A stretch of 64,000 bases of DNA from Anthoceros angustus (Eukaryota > Plantae > Anthocerotophyta). Position numbers and translations under genes: made by a program. This document shows, one piece after another, positions 60,091-64,000 of this stretch. The notes beneath the pieces were generated by a model. It made no database searches and had not been told where the DNA came from. It was given only the letters and a program-made list of their open reading frames with translations. The stretch lies in assembly GCA_010909165.1 (NCBI GenBank), contig MU008172.1, positions 744,001-808,000 of the forward strand. The letters run 5' to 3'. Numbering within the stretch: position 1 is the first letter of the stretch; each line of letters opens with the position of its first letter.

Positions 60091-60541
60091 TGGTGTAGAG
60101 GCTTTGCTGAGTGTGTTGTCAATATATCATGTGTGTGCACTGACAATCTGGTCATAGCCTTTAGCTGTTAAGGACTGCGCCCCGGAAGGAAAGCTTGTGT
60201 GCTCGCCATTTGCTCAACTTTCTTTGCCTCTTTAAAACTCTAGAGTTGCATTTATCCTTGAATTTCATGCTCCTATTCTTGGATTACATGTTACTCGTTT
60301 GTTGCCTGCCTAATGTGCGTGTTCTACATGCACATGTGCTGTTTGGCATGCACGTGATGTTCGACTTCTGGCAGTGCCCGGCCGTAATTCTTGCAGCGGC
60401 ATGGCCACTTTGGGCAATGGTTATGATTCGTAAGGCTTTGGTGTGGAGGCTTTGTTGATTATGTTGTTCAATATGTCATGTGCGCACCAGCAATTTGGTC
60501 ATAGGCCTAGGCTTGCTATGAAGGACTGCACCACGAAAGGA
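60091..60541. repeat. Diverged ~100-bp direct repeat, period about 348 bp
   Basis: tggtgt.gaggctttg.tga...tcaatat.tcatgtg...tggtcatag...aaggactgc at about 60091 and 60439. Confidence 0.7.
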
Positions 60542-61187
60542 TGGTTTGTGTGCATGTTTCAGCTCCTCGGGTCAGCGTGTTTGATGAGCGCTCCATGAAA
60601 GTTAACTGCCTATGGAGCCTGCAACATTTTTGGGGTGTGGTGACTACCAACGGGTCCAAGATTGAGACATCTCTTGCATCGCTGGCTTTACAATCCAAAA
60701 TTTCTTTGATTTCTAGGTTGCTGTTGATCGGGCTCCTGGCCAGCTCGATGTTAGAGTTAGTATGGAGTTAATGTCTTTCAGTTGGCTTCTTTTGGAATTA
60801 GAAATTGTCTACTACTGCCAGAATTTAACTGACGCATGTGAATGTGTGTAGATTGTTGGAAATCTTAAGCTTGGTCCACAAAATTAGGAGCATGTTCACA
60901 ACTATTCGCAGCTCCATCAACATGACTGGTATGGGATCCTCTCTTCACTCTCAAGGTCCTGACCTTTGCGTTCTCAAGATATTCTGTAAGTTCAACTTTT
61001 TTGAGAAGAATTAAGGGATCTTTACACTCACTGGGAAGCTCTAGACTCAACACTTGTTCCTTGATTGCAGGGCTGCGTTTCTTGTCTTGTTGAAACATTT
61101 GTGACTATTTATTCTGAATGAGGCAGAAACTGGACCCTTGGAACAAAGACTGGCAGTCGACCCCCAACCAATGGTCTAGGAGTTTGC

Positions 61188-61254
61188 TACTCTTAACTTG
61201 ATAGCTAATCTCAATCTCCTTACTCTTAACCTGATAGCTAGTCTCAATCTCCTT
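61188..61254. repeat. Two-copy 33-bp tandem repeat
   Basis: tactcttaac.tgatagcta.tctcaatctcct twice. Confidence 0.88.
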
Positions 61255-61440
61255 GTCCAGCTTTATCATGTTCGAGTTGAAACTTATGTGATGTTTTTTC
61301 ACATTTGTTCTGCAGGCCTTTTTACCTAGTAGCTCAGTTTCCTATCCTTTGTTTTGCAGGCCTTTTTATCCTACAGTTTAATTTTCTACTTTATAGTTCT
61401 AATTTTTACTTCAGAGTTTTATCTTTTATTCAAGAGCTTT

Positions 61441-61570
61441 GTTTTTTTTATCCTAGGGCTCTTTTTTTAATCTAGGACTATGTGTTCTATCCTAGGGCTC
61501 TATTTTCTATCCTAGGGTTCTATTTTCTACCCTAGAATTATGTTTCCTACCCTGGGACTCTATTTTCTAT
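61441..61570. repeat. Degenerate 20-bp tandem array (tattttctatcctagggctc), about 6 units
   Basis: Directly visible 20-bp periodicity. Confidence 0.85.
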
Positions 61571-62037
61571 GCTGCAGTTTTGCAGCTGTTTTTACTCCCA
61601 TTCTGCACGTTTTTCTATCCTGTATTATAATTAAAATATTTTTATATAAATTAATTATCTCTTTCTAAAACTTACCCAACAATATACTTTACAGAACGGG
61701 CCAAGCGGACTGCGTTCTGAACCGAGCCCGCGAGGTGGCGTTGTGCCTAGCGCCTTGCCGAAAACGAAGCAGGGTGGGAGCGCATCCGAAACGAGCTGCT
61801 GGGAGTTGAGACAGCGTCCTGACGAAAGAGTCGTAGGGTGAGACAACGCCGTGCCGAAATCGAAATAGTGGCAGGGGCCAGGGTGAGACGGGCTCCAGCA
61901 ATTTGCAGACATTTTGTTGTTTCTAGATCCCTGTCGAAAGATTAACTGGCTGCCACGCCTCCTGCTTTGCTGATGCAGCTTCGTTTCCATACTGTGTAAG
62001 GATTCAAGTTTGATCGCTGTTGCGTTTGGGTGGCGGG

Positions 62038-62973
62038 ATGACCGCCGGGGCGAAGCAGACCGGGGTGGTGAGCGTGGATTCGGGGCACCAAGACGTGGTG
62101 CACGATGTGGCTCTGGACTACTTCGGGAAGCGCATGGCATCGTGCTCCTCGGACCGCACCATCAAGATCTTCAGTCTGGGCGTCGGCAGTGAGCCTCCGG
62201 TATTGCTCACCACTCTCACGGGCCACGAAGGCCCCGTCTGGGAGGTGGCTTGGGCGAACCCTAAGTATGGAAACATCCTCGCCTCCTGCTCTTACGATAA
62301 CAAGGTGATCCTGTGGAAGGAGGGAGCTGAGAATGAGTGGTCACAGTGGTATGTGTTCCAGGAGCATTCCTCCTCGGTGAACAGCATCAGCTGGGGGCCA
62401 CATGAGTTTGGCTTGTCCCTGGCGTGCGGATCTTCGGATGGCACTATATCCGTGCTCACGCACAAGGCCGACTTGCAGTGGGAGAGAACCAAGATCGAGC
62501 AAGCTCACACCTTTGGAGTTACGTCCGTTTCCTGGGCTCCGGCCACAGCTCCGGGCTCGCTAGTGGGTGGGGATAACACTGGCCCAGTGAAGAAGCTTGT
62601 TTCTGGGGGCTGTGACAACACTGTCAAGGTCTGGAAGTATTCCGACGGGGGTTGGAAGCTGGACTGTTTCCCGCCTCTGGCCAACCACACGGATTGGGTG
62701 CGGGATGTTGCCTGGGCTCCCAATCTAGGGTTGCCCAAGTCTACCATCGCCAGTGCTTCGCAGGATGGCACCGTTATCATCTGGACGCAAGCCAAGGAAG
62801 GGGACCAGTGGGAAGGGAATGTGCTGCATGATTTTAAGACTCCCACTTGGAGAGTTAGCTGGTCATTGACGGGGAATATCTTAGCTGTGTCTGACGCTAA
62901 CAATGATGTGACCTTGTGGAAGGAAGCTGTAGATGGGCAGTGGAGCCAGGTGTCCACCGTACACAAGAGCTAA
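62038..62973 (+). CDS. SEC13: Protein transport protein SEC13 (WD40; COPII/nuclear pore); intronless
   Basis: GHQDVVHDVALDYFGKRMASCSSD, GHEGPVWEVAWANPKYG, HTDWVRDVAWAPNLGLP, WRVSWSLTGNILAVS. Confidence 0.97.
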   Translation: MTAGAKQTGVVSVDSGHQDVVHDVALDYFGKRMASCSSDRTIKIFSLGVGSEPPVLLTTLTGHEGPVWEVAWANPKYGNILASCSYDNKVILWKEGAENEWSQWYVFQEHSSSVNSISWGPHEFGLSLACGSSDGTISVLTHKADLQWERTKIEQAHTFGVTSVSWAPATAPGSLVGGDNTGPVKKLVSGGCDNTVKVWKYSDGGWKLDCFPPLANHTDWVRDVAWAPNLGLPKSTIASASQDGTVIIWTQAKEGDQWEGNVLHDFKTPTWRVSWSLTGNILAVSDANNDVTLWKEAVDGQWSQVSTVHKS

Positions 62974-63789
62974 GGATCGGACCGTGTTGCAGGTCCAAAG
63001 GGCTTCCTTTGCCCACAGTAGGAGAACAGTGTTAGGAACAAAACAGCCCATTCAGCAGCTTCAACTTGTATTTGCTTTCCCCTCTGTAATGCCCTACTTA
63101 GCTTCGATGGTCTGTCCGGTGTTTGGACAATGCCTTGTTTCCTTCTTTGTAAGGCGGCCAATTCTTGAATTGTGTGCACGAATGTCCGATCATCTGGGCT
63201 CACCCCTTCTGCTTGCTTTCTGTCGTCAATCTGCAGAGTTTCCGCGAGCATTGCATTCCGTGATACAACATTGGGCTGCAACAATGTGGGGAACGTGTTT
63301 TCCACTTCCGCCACACGGATCTCACAGATAGTTTCATGAGTTTCTATGGCTTGTCCTGGCTTAATATTCCACTGAAGGCTAGTGCCTTAATCTACTTTAA
63401 GCGGTTCTATCTGCTATGAGACACCTGTGGTCTGTCATGGAGCACGACCCGAAGCATATCACGTAAGGGCTCTTGTTCTACATCGTCTGTTTCGGAATAT
63501 AGCCGTCCTCGGTCTGTTTTGGCATATATGTAGCCATTCGCAGAATGGTGACTGGAATTCTCAGGGCGAGACCTGGATGTGGAAAGCTGCAGGCTTGGGA
63601 AATTCTTGCAATCAATTTAGGTCTCGACATATGTATGTATGTACCTAGTACATAGGTAGTAAACGAGCCTTAATACAGAAATGGTTAGCTGAAGCTGCTG
63701 AAGCTCCGCAGCAACTTCAAGCCGGCGAGTGCTCTCGTCGTTGGCATGCGGAGCTACGAGGTGTGATAATTGATGTCAGCTCCCAGGTT

Positions 63790-64000
63790 ATGATGTGGCC
63801 CAGAGGCGTGATATGGCTTGTTGCCGCTCTGGTGATGTTGGGCGCCCTGGGCGTGTCAGTTGTGTACCTTCTGATAGAGGTGGTGCGGAGGAAGCAACGC
63901 AAAGAGGTGGTCGGGTTCTTCCACCCCTTCACAAATGACGGTGGAGGAGGAGAGCGAGTTCTTTGGTGCGCTGTGAAAGCCATCCAGGAGCAATTTCCTG
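63790..64000 (+). CDS. ALG11: Alpha-1,2-mannosyltransferase ALG11, 5' part (runs off the window; absent from the ORF track)
   Basis: [29 protein letters not shown] (TM anchor) followed by [27 protein letters not shown]. Confidence 0.92.
   Translation, partial: MMWPRGVIWLVAALVMLGALGVSVVYLLIEVVRRKQRKEVVGFFHPFTNDGGGGERVLWCAVKAIQEQFP

Noticed and set aside
62038-62973. Intronless SEC13 as a retrogene
   Set aside because: Plant SEC13 coding regions are commonly intronless, so this is not informative

Overview
Eukaryotic nuclear DNA from a gene-dense plant genome with short (~70-350 bp) GT-AG introns. The compactness, a cilia-type UPF0193 gene and an NPC-type XIP suggest a seed-free land plant, possibly a hornwort (inference). 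About 15 protein genes can be reconstructed, in order: CCCH-zinc-finger tRNA m5U methyltransferase (TRM2A type), intronless TAF6, EMSY-LIKE, 2OG-Fe(II) dioxygenase, PhnP-like metallo-beta-lactamase, an unknown multi-exon gene, UPF0193/EVG1-like, XIP aquaporin, clade A PP2C, subclass III SnRK2, mitochondrial uL22, an intronless orphan zinc-finger ORF, a small WADQWD protein, SEC1/KEULE, SEC13 and the 5' end of ALG11. Repeat-rich islands (about 4.9-7.9, 10.2-10.7, 14.2-19.9 and 57-61.6 kb) hold a decayed restriction-like-endonuclease (CRE-type) LINE plus a second 3' remnant, a chromovirus fragment, a CACTA end and mini/microsatellites. The most striking observation is that the two antagonistic core ABA-signalling enzymes (SnRK2-III and PP2C-A) are direct co-oriented neighbours. 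An ABRE-rich, structurally odd spacer lies between them and an XIP aquaporin abuts the PP2C. All exon coordinates were derived by eye and no database search was run.
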